From the IMG/VR virus record IMGVR_UViG_3300016476_000924, positions 1 through 33,716 of that record: a DNA stretch of 33,716 nt. One strand, 5' to 3'. Source of the DNA: a virus. Its lineage: Duplodnaviria > Caudoviricetes. Under the pieces are notes generated by a model that was not told the DNA's origin, searched no databases, and saw nothing but the letters and a program-made list of their open reading frames with translations. The translations under genes and the position numbers were made by a program. Within the stretch, counting starts at the first letter, position 1; each line of letters starts with the position of its first letter. Below are positions 15,635 to 26,042 of the stretch, in pieces.

Positions 15635-16734
15635 TTATTTTTCCTGTCCAGTTGCTCAATAAAAGCTTCAGCTATATGAGAATGCACGTGAGCACCATAG
15701 TAGCGTGCTGCATCGGTGCCATATGCATAGTGCAGTGGGTAGTCAGCAAAAACTTCTGGCTTACACGAAACGTCTTCCGCATGATCTCTAACCGTCGAGT
15801 AGTAGACAGATTTGTATATATCCATACTGAAACTAGGAAATGGCTTTAGATCAGCAGTAGAATTTAATATTGTGGCAAAAGCAGCTGTTGTAATGTCCCA
15901 GCTTGACCAGATCAGCTCTATATCGGCAGCCTTACAAAAAACCTCTAAAGAATAAATCGACTCCAGCGTGGACTTAAATCCCACTTCCGGAGTAAGTATG
16001 TTTTTTAGTGGGTGTGGCCGCTTCGAGTATTTTAGTAGTTCATCAGACTTAAATCTTGCCATATGGAGCTCTATAGATCCTGGACTAGCTATCCCAGTTC
16101 CCTCCTGTCTGTCCTTAGTATTAGAGGCATCGACAAAGGTAGCCATCCTATACGGGTCCGGAAACAAAACGATTATTTTTTTAGGCTTACCGTGCTTAAA
16201 TATGTAGTTGAGTATGTTAATTACTATTGTCTGGGTAGATATCCCTGGCTTTGTCAAAGAGACATAAGATTCAGGGTTTAGGTGCTCTTGAACCCTGTTA
16301 ATCCAAGTTGCGGAAAATGGTATCCCAACGCCATAACTAACCGAACAACCAGAAAAAATTATTTCCGGGGTATCCACAAATTCTGGTGACCGATAGTTTA
16401 GGCTGTTTGTTCCTACAGAGTAGTCAGTGATTGGATCTTTAAAGTGTTCGTTATCATATTTAAAAGAAAAATTGAGCTGACCACTAAGCCTAAAGTTGCA
16501 GATATTTTGGTACAAATGAGATCCGATGCCCTGAGTGGTATTCCTCTCAGCAAAAACACTAATTGAGGGGGTAAAAACACTGCTAACAATGTGATCTACA
16601 ATCTCCGGATCCCCGACAACATCAACTAGCGACATCTTTAGCTCGGTGGGCTCTGCCCCCTTGTGGCGGCTTTCCATTTTTGTCCTTCTAGCGCTAGATA
16701 TGTCTGGGCCATATAATTCTAACAGCATAGACAA
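15631..16734 (-). CDS. SGNH/GDSL-hydrolase-like protein (paralog 3)
   Basis: NSLNYRS, SGCSVSYGVG, SLTKPGIS; DxxH position reads DAARY; start may be ATG 16728. Confidence 0.7.
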   Translation of the reverse strand: MSMLLELYGPDISSARRTKMESRHKGAEPTELKMSLVDVVGDPEIVDHIVSSVFTPSISVFAERNTTQGIGSHLYQNICNFRLSGQLNFSFKYDNEHFKDPITDYSVGTNSLNYRSPEFVDTPEIIFSGCSVSYGVGIPFSATWINRVQEHLNPESYVSLTKPGISTQTIVINILNYIFKHGKPKKIIVLFPDPYRMATFVDASNTKDRQEGTGIASPGSIELHMARFKSDELLKYSKRPHPLKNILTPEVGFKSTLESIYSLEVFCKAADIELIWSSWDITTAAFATILNSTADLKPFPSFSMDIYKSVYYSTVRDHAEDVSCKPEVFADYPLHYAYGTDAARYYGAHVHSHIAEAFIEQLDRKNK

Positions 16735-16760
16735 ACTGTTCCTATAGTAGAATTAGGCCC

Positions 16761-17330
16761 ATGACAGATAAGACCGAGCTACCATATCACCTAATAAAAA
16801 ATGCTCTAACACCAGAGCAATGTGAGGCATACGTAAAGTGGATCGATAAGTATGCCTTACAGGACAAGTTTAGGCCGGGCTATCGTCTTTTATCTGTAGA
16901 GTACTCGAAGTGGTATGAGGAGGAGATCCCATTTCTTGATCCAATTAAGAAGGTATTTACCAGAGCCAAAAACTACTTTCTAGATCACTATGAGATCGAA
17001 CACACTTTCGACATGAAGAGATTCTTCGGAAATATTATGGAGACTGGAGCAGAGAATCCAGCACACGACGATGACGGAGACTACTACGAAGGCAAACCAG
17101 ACGTAGAGAAGCACTACTCGGGGATCGTAATGCTAAATAGTGACTACGAGGGTGGAGAACTCTACTTCCAACACCATAACCTTCAAGTTAAACTCGAGGC
17201 CGGCGATGTGATCATGTTCCGGGGTAATGCAGAGAATCTGCATGGGGTCAGACCAATCACCAAAGGCCGTCGAGTTAACTTTATCTTCTTCTTTAGAGAC
17301 TATATCCCGAAAGAAAAGCCCCAGGGCTAG
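16761..17330 (+). CDS. 2OG-Fe(II) oxygenase
   Basis: HDD, DYEGGELYF, LHGV, GRR; TAGAAT 7 nt before ATG. Confidence 0.9.
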   Translation: MTDKTELPYHLIKNALTPEQCEAYVKWIDKYALQDKFRPGYRLLSVEYSKWYEEEIPFLDPIKKVFTRAKNYFLDHYEIEHTFDMKRFFGNIMETGAENPAHDDDGDYYEGKPDVEKHYSGIVMLNSDYEGGELYFQHHNLQVKLEAGDVIMFRGNAENLHGVRPITKGRRVNFIFFFRDYIPKEKPQG

Positions 17331-17875
17331 CGAGTCTCATAGTTCCTTAGTAGGTCGGAGAGCTCTTCCCTTACCGAATCTGGTCTCTCAGGAAAGAATG
17401 AGAAAAAGACAGACATGTCTCCTTTGTGGAATCCGATAGAGATAAAGTAAACCTCTCCGCCCTCAGAAACTATAGGAATGCTCATGGAGTCGCCCCTAAC
17501 CGGAAGATCAATTATTTGATTGTGACCGTGGTCGTGCCCTCTGGAGTGGTGAGAAAATAAAAAGATCGGGTGCATCATAGAAACATAGGTCAGTGGATTT
17601 TCATACACTTCAAAATCCATCCAGTCATCCTGGAGTCCTAGCAACTCAGACCAGTTTGGGGTCTTGTCTTCCTGGCTTTCTTTATTCTTGGATTTTATGC
17701 GATCAACTGCCCGAATCTTTTTCATTTGGCTTTGGGCATAAGCTAGGTCTTCTATATTGTAGTAGACGGTTTTAATCGGTCCCATCGACCTTAATAGTTG
17801 AATGTATTCCATGTAGACCCGGTCGTACTTGGATTGGGCCAGGCGAGATGCTACAGATGAATCAAATGGCGACAC
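17327..17875 (-). CDS. Hypothetical protein
   Basis: 182 aa; AAGGAG SD and upstream promoter. Confidence 0.75.
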   Translation of the reverse strand: MSPFDSSVASRLAQSKYDRVYMEYIQLLRSMGPIKTVYYNIEDLAYAQSQMKKIRAVDRIKSKNKESQEDKTPNWSELLGLQDDWMDFEVYENPLTYVSMMHPIFLFSHHSRGHDHGHNQIIDLPVRGDSMSIPIVSEGGEVYFISIGFHKGDMSVFFSFFPERPDSVREELSDLLRNYETR

Positions 17876-17933
17876 TTTGTGCTCCTTAGTGCGTTAGTTA
17901 TTTAGTTAGACCCCGTGCTCGGGGGCTGATTTC

Positions 17934-17962
17934 AGTATACACCTGGATTATCTAGTTTTCAA
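17934..17962 (-). promoter_or_regulatory. SigmaA-type promoter
   Basis: TTGAAA-17 nt-TATACT. Confidence 0.7.
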
Positions 17963-17972
17963 CCTTTTTGCT

Positions 17973-18026
17973 GTACAACCTTAGACCTAAGTTTGTATGA
18001 CATTATTGCACATAGTGTTATGTACA
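17973..18026. repeat. Two adjacent imperfect inverted repeats (candidate res site or operator)
   Basis: GTACAACCTTAG-AC-CTAAGTTTGTAT (10/12) and TGCACATA-GTGT-TATGTACA (7/8). Confidence 0.6.
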
Positions 18027-18070
18027 TTATCCAGCAAAATCAAGGTGTTCAGTATGCTATATTTAGTACT

Positions 18071-18433
18071 TTATCTGCGAGGAAAATACTTAAAAGTGCC
18101 AATTTCAATCTCTTTTCCAGAAATGATCGCGACTACTCTGTAGATAGCAATTGCCCCTGGCCTGTCTGAAACCGTAATAGATGTAGTCCTAAATGAGGTT
18201 GAGGAAAACTTTCGCCATCCAGGCCTAATTGATCCGGTCTTGTAGACCAAATATGAGTTGGCACCCTCCACGGGGGACCACTGCAAAATACCAAAGAAGG
18301 ACCCGGCTCCATTTTGGACTACAACTACCTGACTGGATGCAGAATAGTCTGAGCTTGCCTCAGCCCAGGGCGGAGAAGCTATAGATATGGATATAGCTAA
18401 AAGTGCTGCTGTAAAAGCTTTCCGTAAAATCAT
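18071..18433 (-). CDS. Secreted FN3-like beta-sandwich protein
   Basis: Signal peptide ending AEA; LQWSPVEGANSYLVY...IYRVVAI. Confidence 0.7.
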   Translation of the reverse strand: MILRKAFTAALLAISISIASPPWAEASSDYSASSQVVVVQNGAGSFFGILQWSPVEGANSYLVYKTGSIRPGWRKFSSTSFRTTSITVSDRPGAIAIYRVVAIISGKEIEIGTFKYFPRR

Positions 18434-18439
18434 TACGGT

Positions 18440-18468
18440 AGGTTATCAGGGTTTTTCCCTGATGTCAA
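18440..18468 (-). promoter_or_regulatory. SigmaA-type leaderless promoter with palindromic spacer
   Basis: TTGACA-TCAGGGAAAAACCCTGA-TAACCT-6 nt-ATG. Confidence 0.7.
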
Positions 18469-18471
18469 CCC

Positions 18472-19041
18472 CTACTGAGCGTCAATTTGCAAGTGGGGAC
18501 CATACTCAGTGTACGGGACCACCTCAGGGTCTACCCACCAGTCTTCCCAAGTAATCCTTTTTACTAGAGAGTAGCCCAGGGAGTCTAAGATCTCTCTTTG
18601 GGCATCCCTAACCGACTGGAGTTTATAGTGAATTAGAGCATCATGCTCGAAGGTGATAACGGAGAACCTGTATCGGTTTAGCGGCAAAGCAATTAGTCCT
18701 AGCAGGTTAGATCCTGGATTGCCCAAGGGTCTGCCACCTGCAGTGTATCCGGTATCTACGTCTACCTGGAGATAGTCGATTCTTTGGGGAAAGTTGTTCT
18801 CTTCGAAGTACTTCTCGTAGTTAAAAGTAATAGCGTCTTCCATAAGGCATGGGTTAGATCTAACAGAATTGAACTTAGTGGCATGACGCTCGTCTAGATC
18901 AAAGCTTACGCCTTTCCAACCATACTCTTTTTCGAGCTTGTAGCTATTGCTACCCTCAATAGGGTCTGCTGCCCCAAGCTCTACGTAGTACCCATTTCTT
19001 TTATTCTTGAGCATGTCCAAGACAAACTGATCTGACAGCAT
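18472..19041 (-). CDS. FkbM-like methyltransferase
   Basis: GYYVELGA.D...SNS..LE..YGWKG, IDYLQVDVD, ITFEH. Confidence 0.8.
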   Translation of the reverse strand: MLSDQFVLDMLKNKRNGYYVELGAADPIEGSNSYKLEKEYGWKGVSFDLDERHATKFNSVRSNPCLMEDAITFNYEKYFEENNFPQRIDYLQVDVDTGYTAGGRPLGNPGSNLLGLIALPLNRYRFSVITFEHDALIHYKLQSVRDAQREILDSLGYSLVKRITWEDWWVDPEVVPYTEYGPHLQIDAQ

Positions 19042-19595
19042 TAAATACTCTCCCTAATCGAGGTGGTTTCGTCACCTTTTATGAACGATGTTATCACATA
19101 TCTTACTCCGCTGGTTACTTCTTTGACCCCATGTTTTAGGCCGGCGTAGTGGATAAGTATTGAGTTAGCTTTCGGCTTAATCTCCAGACCGAGCTCTGGG
19201 TAATATATTTCTCCACCAATGTAGTCATCGTTTAAATACAGGACTAGTCCAAACACATTGTCAGCGTCGTGAGCTTCTACGTTATCTTGGTGTACATCCA
19301 TTGATTCACCTGGCGTATATCTAATAATGCTAGAGACCGCCAACACTGACTTGGCTCGATCAAAAATGGACTCTAATTTAGCGTTTAGATTGTCCATAAA
19401 GTTTTCGGTAGATTTATCTTGAATTAAGAGCTCAACAGCCATAATGACCTTACCCCGCCAATAGTCAGGAACCTTGTCCGAATACCAGAGGGGCTCTTCG
19501 GAGGTCTTAGCTAAAGTAAGTAGGAGATCAAGATCTTCCTGGGGCAGGGCATTCTCTATTTCCCAGACCCGATGGCCTAAACTTCTTGCTTTCAT
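19041..19595 (-). CDS. 2OG-Fe(II) oxygenase (start revised to ATG 19595)
   Basis: HQD, YLNDDYIGGEI, KHGV, GVRY. Confidence 0.9.
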   Translation of the reverse strand: MKARSLGHRVWEIENALPQEDLDLLLTLAKTSEEPLWYSDKVPDYWRGKVIMAVELLIQDKSTENFMDNLNAKLESIFDRAKSVLAVSSIIRYTPGESMDVHQDNVEAHDADNVFGLVLYLNDDYIGGEIYYPELGLEIKPKANSILIHYAGLKHGVKEVTSGVRYVITSFIKGDETTSIRESI

Positions 19596-19599
19596 GATT

Positions 19600-19645
19600 A
19601 AAATAATAGTCCCTACTGGCAAACACCAATAGGGACCATTATTTT
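19600..19645 (-). terminator. Intrinsic terminator-like hairpin after the putative holin
   Basis: GGTCCCTATTGG-TGTTTG-CCAGTAGGGACT (G-U allowed) flanked by complementary A/T tracts. Confidence 0.75.
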
Positions 19646-19652
19646 TGACTAA

Positions 19653-19940
19653 TTAAGCAGACTTGTTTTCCTCTGCAGCTAGAGCTGCCTCGGCGTCCGG
19701 GTCCTGGTCAGGATAAGCAGCTCCACCAAAAGCGGTGTTGATCTCATCTATGTCCAGTTTTCCATCCAGCATATAAGCACGAGACAGATTTTCTGCCACG
19801 TCCATTACGCCGATGAATGCAGCAACAGCTGCAGACTGCCAGAGCTCTACTCCAGCAATAGAGCCACCAGCAAAGGTTCCGCTAATGCGGAGGATGATCA
19901 GTGCTGCGGTTCTACGGAATACTTCAGCGAATATCCCCAT
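19653..19940 (-). CDS. Small membrane protein, putative holin
   Basis: Two hydrophobic segments and an acidic tail; AGGAG SD. Confidence 0.5.
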   Translation of the reverse strand: MGIFAEVFRRTAALIILRISGTFAGGSIAGVELWQSAAVAAFIGVMDVAENLSRAYMLDGKLDIDEINTAFGGAAYPDQDPDAEAALAAEENKSA

Positions 19941-19997
19941 GGTTTCTCCTAGGTTTGCGGGTTACGTAACTCGCCTCTCTCCCTAGGCATATCTAGT

Positions 19998-20327
19998 CTA
20001 CCAGAGGTCGGGGGTACGGTACTTACGAACCGACTTTCTGCCCCTATTTTTCCTAATTTGTTTGCGCTGCTCCTCTGTGGTACCGCCCCAAATGCCAACC
20101 TCATTGTTTAGCAGCGCGTAGTCTAAGCATTTTTCTATTAAAGGGCAGGAAGCGCATATTTTTCTTGCAGCTGAAGCATTTTGATATTTGCTTGTAAACC
20201 GACCGAATCCCATGTCAACTTCTAGGGGGAAAAATAGCTCAGGATCTGTTTCTGCACACGCTGGATTATCTTCAAGAATAAATAGTGGAACTGATAAGGT
20301 CCTAAGTTGGTGGGCCGGTATGCTCAT
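19998..20327 (-). CDS. whiB: WhiB-family Fe-S transcription factor (start revised to ATG 20327)
   Basis: C..TDPELFFP, C..C.....C, GIWGG. Confidence 0.95.
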   Translation of the reverse strand: MSIPAHQLRTLSVPLFILEDNPACAETDPELFFPLEVDMGFGRFTSKYQNASAARKICASCPLIEKCLDYALLNNEVGIWGGTTEEQRKQIRKNRGRKSVRKYRTPDLW

Positions 20328-20331
20328 TAAG

Positions 20332-20511
20332 TTATCCTCTAGTTGCGTTAAACCCCGTCCCCTTAAAGCTGATAGACGGAGCACTAAATTTACGTATCAG
20401 TTTAGCGCCACACCCAGGATTTACGCAAATCGACTGCTTTTGATCCTCGGACATGCCACGGGTCTCTTCGTACTCATGACCATTTTCACATTCGTATAGA
20501 TATGTAGGCAT
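20332..20511 (-). CDS. FmdB-family zinc-ribbon protein, 59 aa, not in the ORF track
   Basis: MPTYLYECENGHEYE...CVNPGCGAKLIRKFSAPSISFKGTGF. Confidence 0.85.
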   Translation of the reverse strand: MPTYLYECENGHEYEETRGMSEDQKQSICVNPGCGAKLIRKFSAPSISFKGTGFNATRG

Positions 20512-20520
20512 AAAAATCTC

Positions 20521-21351
20521 TCAATTGTATTTTTTGACAACTGTGTTTAAACGATCTACAGTGTACCCTAGCTTTTTATATAGGGCCATAGCTGCAGAGT
20601 TCCCAGAGTTTACTAATAGGTTAGATCTCACACTTCCCCTAGAAGCCTCATAGGCTAAAGACCACCGCATGAGCAGCTCAGCAAAGCCTCTACCCCTATA
20701 CTGAGGCAGTACCCCTAAAGTCATAGAATGACCATCCAAAGAACTTTTCTCTTGTCTATCCATAACAAAGATTCCAACAGGATTTCCATCTAACTCTAAG
20801 ACAACTACCCCATCTGCAGGTATTACTGGATTGAGTGCCCCACTCTCGTCAAGGACCAGTTTCTTCCAATAGTTAAAATCAAATCCCCTAAACTCGGGAG
20901 CCCCGCTATAGCCTTCAATAGTTAATTGATACCACAGGTCAAGCTCTTTTATTGGATCTAGTAGCCTGAACTGCAATCCATCCGGAAGCGTAGGAACAAC
21001 ATCACTAGTAGCATCGATATCCCTGCGCAAATCTACTAGCTCGATAGTGGTGTTGAAAGTTAAAAGATCTAAAGCGTCTAATTTTTTCCCGTCATTGGCG
21101 TCGGTTTTCGATATCAACACATATCCCGGGTATAAGTCTTTGATTAAATTTAGTCGAGTCAAAACCTCGTCCAGGTTGTTTTTAATGTTATCCGCAAATA
21201 AAAAGTCGAATTCAATTTGCAGTTTCCCATGAAATACTTCAAATGACAGGATTACTTCTGTTTTTAGGGTCTCAGGATTTTTTATTTCAAAAATAGTTAA
21301 ATCAGATAAAGATCCTAGTTTTTCTTGAACCCACAAATTTAAATTGTTCAT
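20521..21351 (-). CDS. GNAT-family acetyltransferase
   Basis: LGVLPQYRGRGFA, NSAAMALYKKLGY. Confidence 0.9.
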   Translation of the reverse strand: MNNLNLWVQEKLGSLSDLTIFEIKNPETLKTEVILSFEVFHGKLQIEFDFLFADNIKNNLDEVLTRLNLIKDLYPGYVLISKTDANDGKKLDALDLLTFNTTIELVDLRRDIDATSDVVPTLPDGLQFRLLDPIKELDLWYQLTIEGYSGAPEFRGFDFNYWKKLVLDESGALNPVIPADGVVVLELDGNPVGIFVMDRQEKSSLDGHSMTLGVLPQYRGRGFAELLMRWSLAYEASRGSVRSNLLVNSGNSAAMALYKKLGYTVDRLNTVVKKYN

Positions 21352-21939
21352 TTAGTACCAAAGGCTAACCGCAGCATATTTAGTTCCAGAAATGATCTTT
21401 TTAGAGGCATGCCGAAAATCTTCTGGCTCGGCTAAAAATATAACCATAGTATTTTTCTTTGGTTTAAGGGTTATACCAATATTAGGTAAATCAAGCTCTC
21501 CCCCCTCATAGTCGTCATTCGGGTAATAGACCATCGTTATTTTTCTGGGCATTTCTTTCGCGTAGTCTATATGGGGAAGAATGAATTGCCCCTCTTTATA
21601 CCTAATCACCCCGAATGCACCCTCTTTTCTCTGAAACTCTATAGAGTTTTGCTCAAGAAAGTCGAACCCGCACTTATCGAATACTCGATTAAACAGCTCG
21701 CTCAGACGTTTAACGTGGTCCGGCATACTGTCTTCAATCTCTGTAGATACAGAAAAAGCAGACGCGTCCCTAACTTTTTTGTGTTCAGTGCCAGCCTCAT
21801 ACTCTTCCAACCGAGACTCTAAAATTTTTGCCTCAGTCCAGGGGAATTCATTAGTTAGCAACAAAAAAAGTATTTCATCTATATCGTCTGATGCATTGGT
21901 GTACACATTTAGCCCGGGGTATAGAGTGACTTTTTCCAT
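21352..21939 (-). CDS. 2OG-Fe(II) oxygenase
   Basis: HID, NDDYEGGEL, RHAS, GTKY. Confidence 0.9.
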   Translation of the reverse strand: MEKVTLYPGLNVYTNASDDIDEILFLLLTNEFPWTEAKILESRLEEYEAGTEHKKVRDASAFSVSTEIEDSMPDHVKRLSELFNRVFDKCGFDFLEQNSIEFQRKEGAFGVIRYKEGQFILPHIDYAKEMPRKITMVYYPNDDYEGGELDLPNIGITLKPKKNTMVIFLAEPEDFRHASKKIISGTKYAAVSLWY

Positions 21940-21942
21940 AAA

Positions 21943-22905
<963 letters not shown>

Positions 22906-25020
22906 TTATAGCATGCAACTTACGCAGTTCTCGACGTCGGTTCCTTCGAGAGCAGCTTGACGAATACGGATGTAGTAGATGGTTTTGATGCCCTTCTTCC
23001 ATGCGTAAATCTGCGCACGGTTGACATCACGGGTGGTGGCGGTGTCCTTGAAGAACAGGGTTAGCGACAGACCCTGGTCAACGTGCTGGGTTGCAGCAGC
23101 GTAGACATCAACAACTGCCTCTGGACCGATCTCATAGGCATCCTTGAAGTATTCAAGGTTGTCATTGGTTAGACCAGGAGCTGGGTAGTAAACGCGGCCT
23201 AGCTTGCCTTCCTTGCGTACCTCAATAGGCGCAGCAATCGGGTGAATTGAGCTGGTGGAGTTGTTTACGTAGCTAATCGAACCAGTTGGAGGAACCGCCT
23301 GAAGGTTCTGGTTGTAGAGTCCGTGCTCCATTACGAAGTCGCGGAGCTCGATCCAGTCCTTCTTCTTTGGAAGCTTGATCTTTGAGTCCTTGAACAGCTG
23401 AGCAACCTTCTCAGTTGCAGGCTCCCACTTCTGGTCAATGTACTTGTTGAAGAACGAACCGTCTGCGTACTTCGACTTCTCAAAGCCATCAAACTTGTCC
23501 TTGCGCTCCTGAGCAAGCTCAGCTGAAGCCTTGAGAGCGTTGAACAGGATAGTCATGAAGTACATGTTGGTGAAGTCGATCGACTCTTCGTCACCGTAGT
23601 GCATGCGCTCCTGACCGAAGTAGCCGTGCAGGTTCATCTGACCAAGACCGATAGCACGAGACTTGCGATTACCCTCAGCGATAGACATCACGGAGTCAAT
23701 GTAGCTCAAGTCGGCAACAGCGGTTAGTGCCTTGATTGCTACCTTCACAGACTTACTAAAGTCAGGGGACTGCATCATCTTTGCGATGTTCATCGATCCT
23801 AGGTTGCAGGAGATGTCCTTACCGATCTCCTTGTAGGAAAGATCGTTGTTGTAGGTCGTAGGAGTATTAACCTGCAGAATCTCAGAGCAGAGGTTGGACA
23901 TGTTGATGCGGCCCTCAATAGGGTTGGCCTTGTTCACGGTGTCCTCGTACATGATGTATGGGTAACCGGATTCGAACTGCAGTTCTGCGATGCGCTCGAA
24001 TAGCTCACGTGCTTTGATCTTCGACTTCTTGATCTCTGGGTTGTCAACCATCTCCTGGTACTTCTCGGTAACAGAGATGTCTCCAAAAGGAACCCCGTAC
24101 ACGCGCTCGACATCGTATGGGGAGAACAGGTACATATCCTCACCGTTCTTGGCAAGCTCTAGAGTCACGTCCGGAATAACCACACCAATAGATAGAGTCT
24201 TGATACGGATCTTCTCATCAGCGTTCTCACGCTTGGTGTCAAGGAATCGCATGATGTCTGGGTGGTGAGCGTTTAGGTAAACGGCACCGGCACCCTGGCG
24301 AGCACCCAGCTGGTTGGCGTAGGAGAAGCTGTCCTCTAGAAGCTTCATCACAGGGATGATGCCGGAGGACTGGTTCTCAATCTTCTTGATAGGAGCGCCT
24401 AGCTCACGAAGATTACTGAGGTTTAGAGCCACACCACCACCGCGCTTTGAGAGCTGCAGTGCGGAGTTGATGCCTCTAGCGATTGACTCCATGTTGTCTT
24501 CGATGCGAAGCAGGAAACAGGAGACGAACTCGCCACGCTGCTTCTTGCCAGCGTTTAGGAAGGTCGGAGTGGCAGGTTGGAAGCGACCGGAGACGATTTC
24601 GTCTACCAGGTCACGGGCAGTCTGCTCATCCCCCTGAGCCAACATGAGACCATTCATTACAACGCGGTCCTCGAAGCGCTCTAGGTAACGTGAGCCATCA
24701 AAGGTCTTGAGGGCGTACTGGGTATAGAACTTATAAGCACCTACGAAGGTAGGAAAGCGGAACTTATAGGCATATGCCTGCTTGAAGAGTTCCTTAACAA
24801 ACTCGGCAGAGTACTGATCTAGAACGTCCTTTTCGTAGTAGTCGTTCTCGACCAGATAGCGAAGCTTCTCCTCGATACTGTGGAAGAAGACAGTGTTCTG
24901 GTTGACGTGGTCCAAGAAGTAACGACGTGCTGCTTCCTTGTCCTTGTCAAACTGAATCTTGCCGTCCTCACCCCAAAGGTTGAGCATTGCATTTAGTTCG
25001 TGGTAGCTGTAGTTTTCCAC
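22906..25020 (-). CDS. nrdE: Ribonucleotide reductase class Ib alpha subunit
   Basis: [32 protein letters not shown]-terminal CVSC. Confidence 0.98.
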   Translation of the reverse strand: MENYSYHELNAMLNLWGEDGKIQFDKDKEAARRYFLDHVNQNTVFFHSIEEKLRYLVENDYYEKDVLDQYSAEFVKELFKQAYAYKFRFPTFVGAYKFYTQYALKTFDGSRYLERFEDRVVMNGLMLAQGDEQTARDLVDEIVSGRFQPATPTFLNAGKKQRGEFVSCFLLRIEDNMESIARGINSALQLSKRGGGVALNLSNLRELGAPIKKIENQSSGIIPVMKLLEDSFSYANQLGARQGAGAVYLNAHHPDIMRFLDTKRENADEKIRIKTLSIGVVIPDVTLELAKNGEDMYLFSPYDVERVYGVPFGDISVTEKYQEMVDNPEIKKSKIKARELFERIAELQFESGYPYIMYEDTVNKANPIEGRINMSNLCSEILQVNTPTTYNNDLSYKEIGKDISCNLGSMNIAKMMQSPDFSKSVKVAIKALTAVADLSYIDSVMSIAEGNRKSRAIGLGQMNLHGYFGQERMHYGDEESIDFTNMYFMTILFNALKASAELAQERKDKFDGFEKSKYADGSFFNKYIDQKWEPATEKVAQLFKDSKIKLPKKKDWIELRDFVMEHGLYNQNLQAVPPTGSISYVNNSTSSIHPIAAPIEVRKEGKLGRVYYPAPGLTNDNLEYFKDAYEIGPEAVVDVYAAATQHVDQGLSLTLFFKDTATTRDVNRAQIYAWKKGIKTIYYIRIRQAALEGTDVENCVSCML

Positions 25021-25409
25021 AGTAGGTGTAGCCTCTCTCTTACTTGTTCAACGTCATCTGGTGTTCCAGTTATTTCTACGCGATACAGCAACGGTACACC
25101 TGTTTTTGCTGCAATCATCTCGGCTGCCTTACAGTAATGTTCGCCGAAATTGGTATTGCCCATTCCGACAACACCACGTAATAAATCCCTATTTGGCTTA
25201 AAGTTCAAAAACTTCTTAACCTGTTTAGGTATTGTGTTGTTGTCATTCCCTCCCCCATATGTGGGGACAATCAACACATAAGGCCCATAAGCCATAAATG
25301 GCTCGTCTCCATCCCACTTAATCGGAATCCTATGGGCAGGGATCCCCAGTTTTTCTACAAACCTGTGGGTATTGTTGGAGACGTTTGAAAAGTAGACAAG
25401 GTCATACAC
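24993..25409 (-). CDS. nrdI: NrdI flavodoxin-like protein (start revised to GTG 25409)
   Basis: [28 protein letters not shown]. Confidence 0.95.
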   Translation of the reverse strand: MYDLVYFSNVSNNTHRFVEKLGIPAHRIPIKWDGDEPFMAYGPYVLIVPTYGGGNDNNTIPKQVKKFLNFKPNRDLLRGVVGMGNTNFGEHYCKAAEMIAAKTGVPLLYRVEITGTPDDVEQVRERLHLLWKTTATTN

Positions 25410-25410
25410 T

Positions 25411-25629
25411 TTAAAAAAGAGCAGATAGTTTGTCTGGTCTGAACCCACTCCAGTGGTCTTCGCCCACTACAACTACAGGAGCGGCAGTGTATCCAAGGCC
25501 TCGAACCATATCTAAAGCCTCGCTATCAGCGCTTAGGTCTACCTCTTGATACTCTATGTTGTTCCTGCTTAACAATCTCTTTGTGCTGTCACACTGGACA
25601 CAAGCCGGGAGAGTGTAAACGGTTACCAT
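25411..25629 (-). CDS. nrdH: NrdH-redoxin
   Basis: CVQC and WSGFRPD. Confidence 0.97.
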   Translation of the reverse strand: MVTVYTLPACVQCDSTKRLLSRNNIEYQEVDLSADSEALDMVRGLGYTAAPVVVVGEDHWSGFRPDKLSALF

Positions 25630-25662
25630 TTTTGAGTACCTTTCATAGGTAGAGACGGAAAA

Positions 25663-25724
25663 TCCTGACGAAAAGATATCCGCCAGGAAGGTTGTGGATA
25701 CTAAGTATAGAACAAAATCTAGTG
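25663..25724 (-). promoter_or_regulatory. nrd operon promoter region: TATACT -10 (25709-25704), possible NrdR box (25724-25712) and 5' UTR hairpin
   Basis: CACTAGATTTTGT resembles the NrdR-box consensus; TCCTGGCG/CGTCAGGA stem. Confidence 0.45.
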
Positions 25725-25732
25725 ACTGATTT

Positions 25733-25960
25733 TTATTCTTGATCTAATAGTAGTGCTTCTACAACTTTTTTGCAAATTGGACAAACAGGAAATTTTTTAG
25801 GGTCTCTAGACGGAACAAAAAGTTTTCCGCATACTGCTAAAACGGCTTTACCGGTGATATAGCCTTCCGTAACAGAAGTCGAGTCGGCATAGTGAGCGTA
25901 TCTGGGCTCCCCAGACTCTGTCAGCATTTCATCTGTTTGTTCTTCTACATGTACGCCCAT
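25733..25960 (-). CDS. DUF3039-family protein
   Basis: HYA...EG.I.G..V.AVCGK.FVPSRDPKKFPVCPICK; TATACT 6 nt before ATG. Confidence 0.85.
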   Translation of the reverse strand: MGVHVEEQTDEMLTESGEPRYAHYADSTSVTEGYITGKAVLAVCGKLFVPSRDPKKFPVCPICKKVVEALLLDQE

Positions 25961-26042
25961 GAGTTCAGTATACCTCTCACATCAATAACCCCTAGATACG
26001 GTAAAATAAGACTACTCCGACTCTCCCGCCGAAAGAATATAA

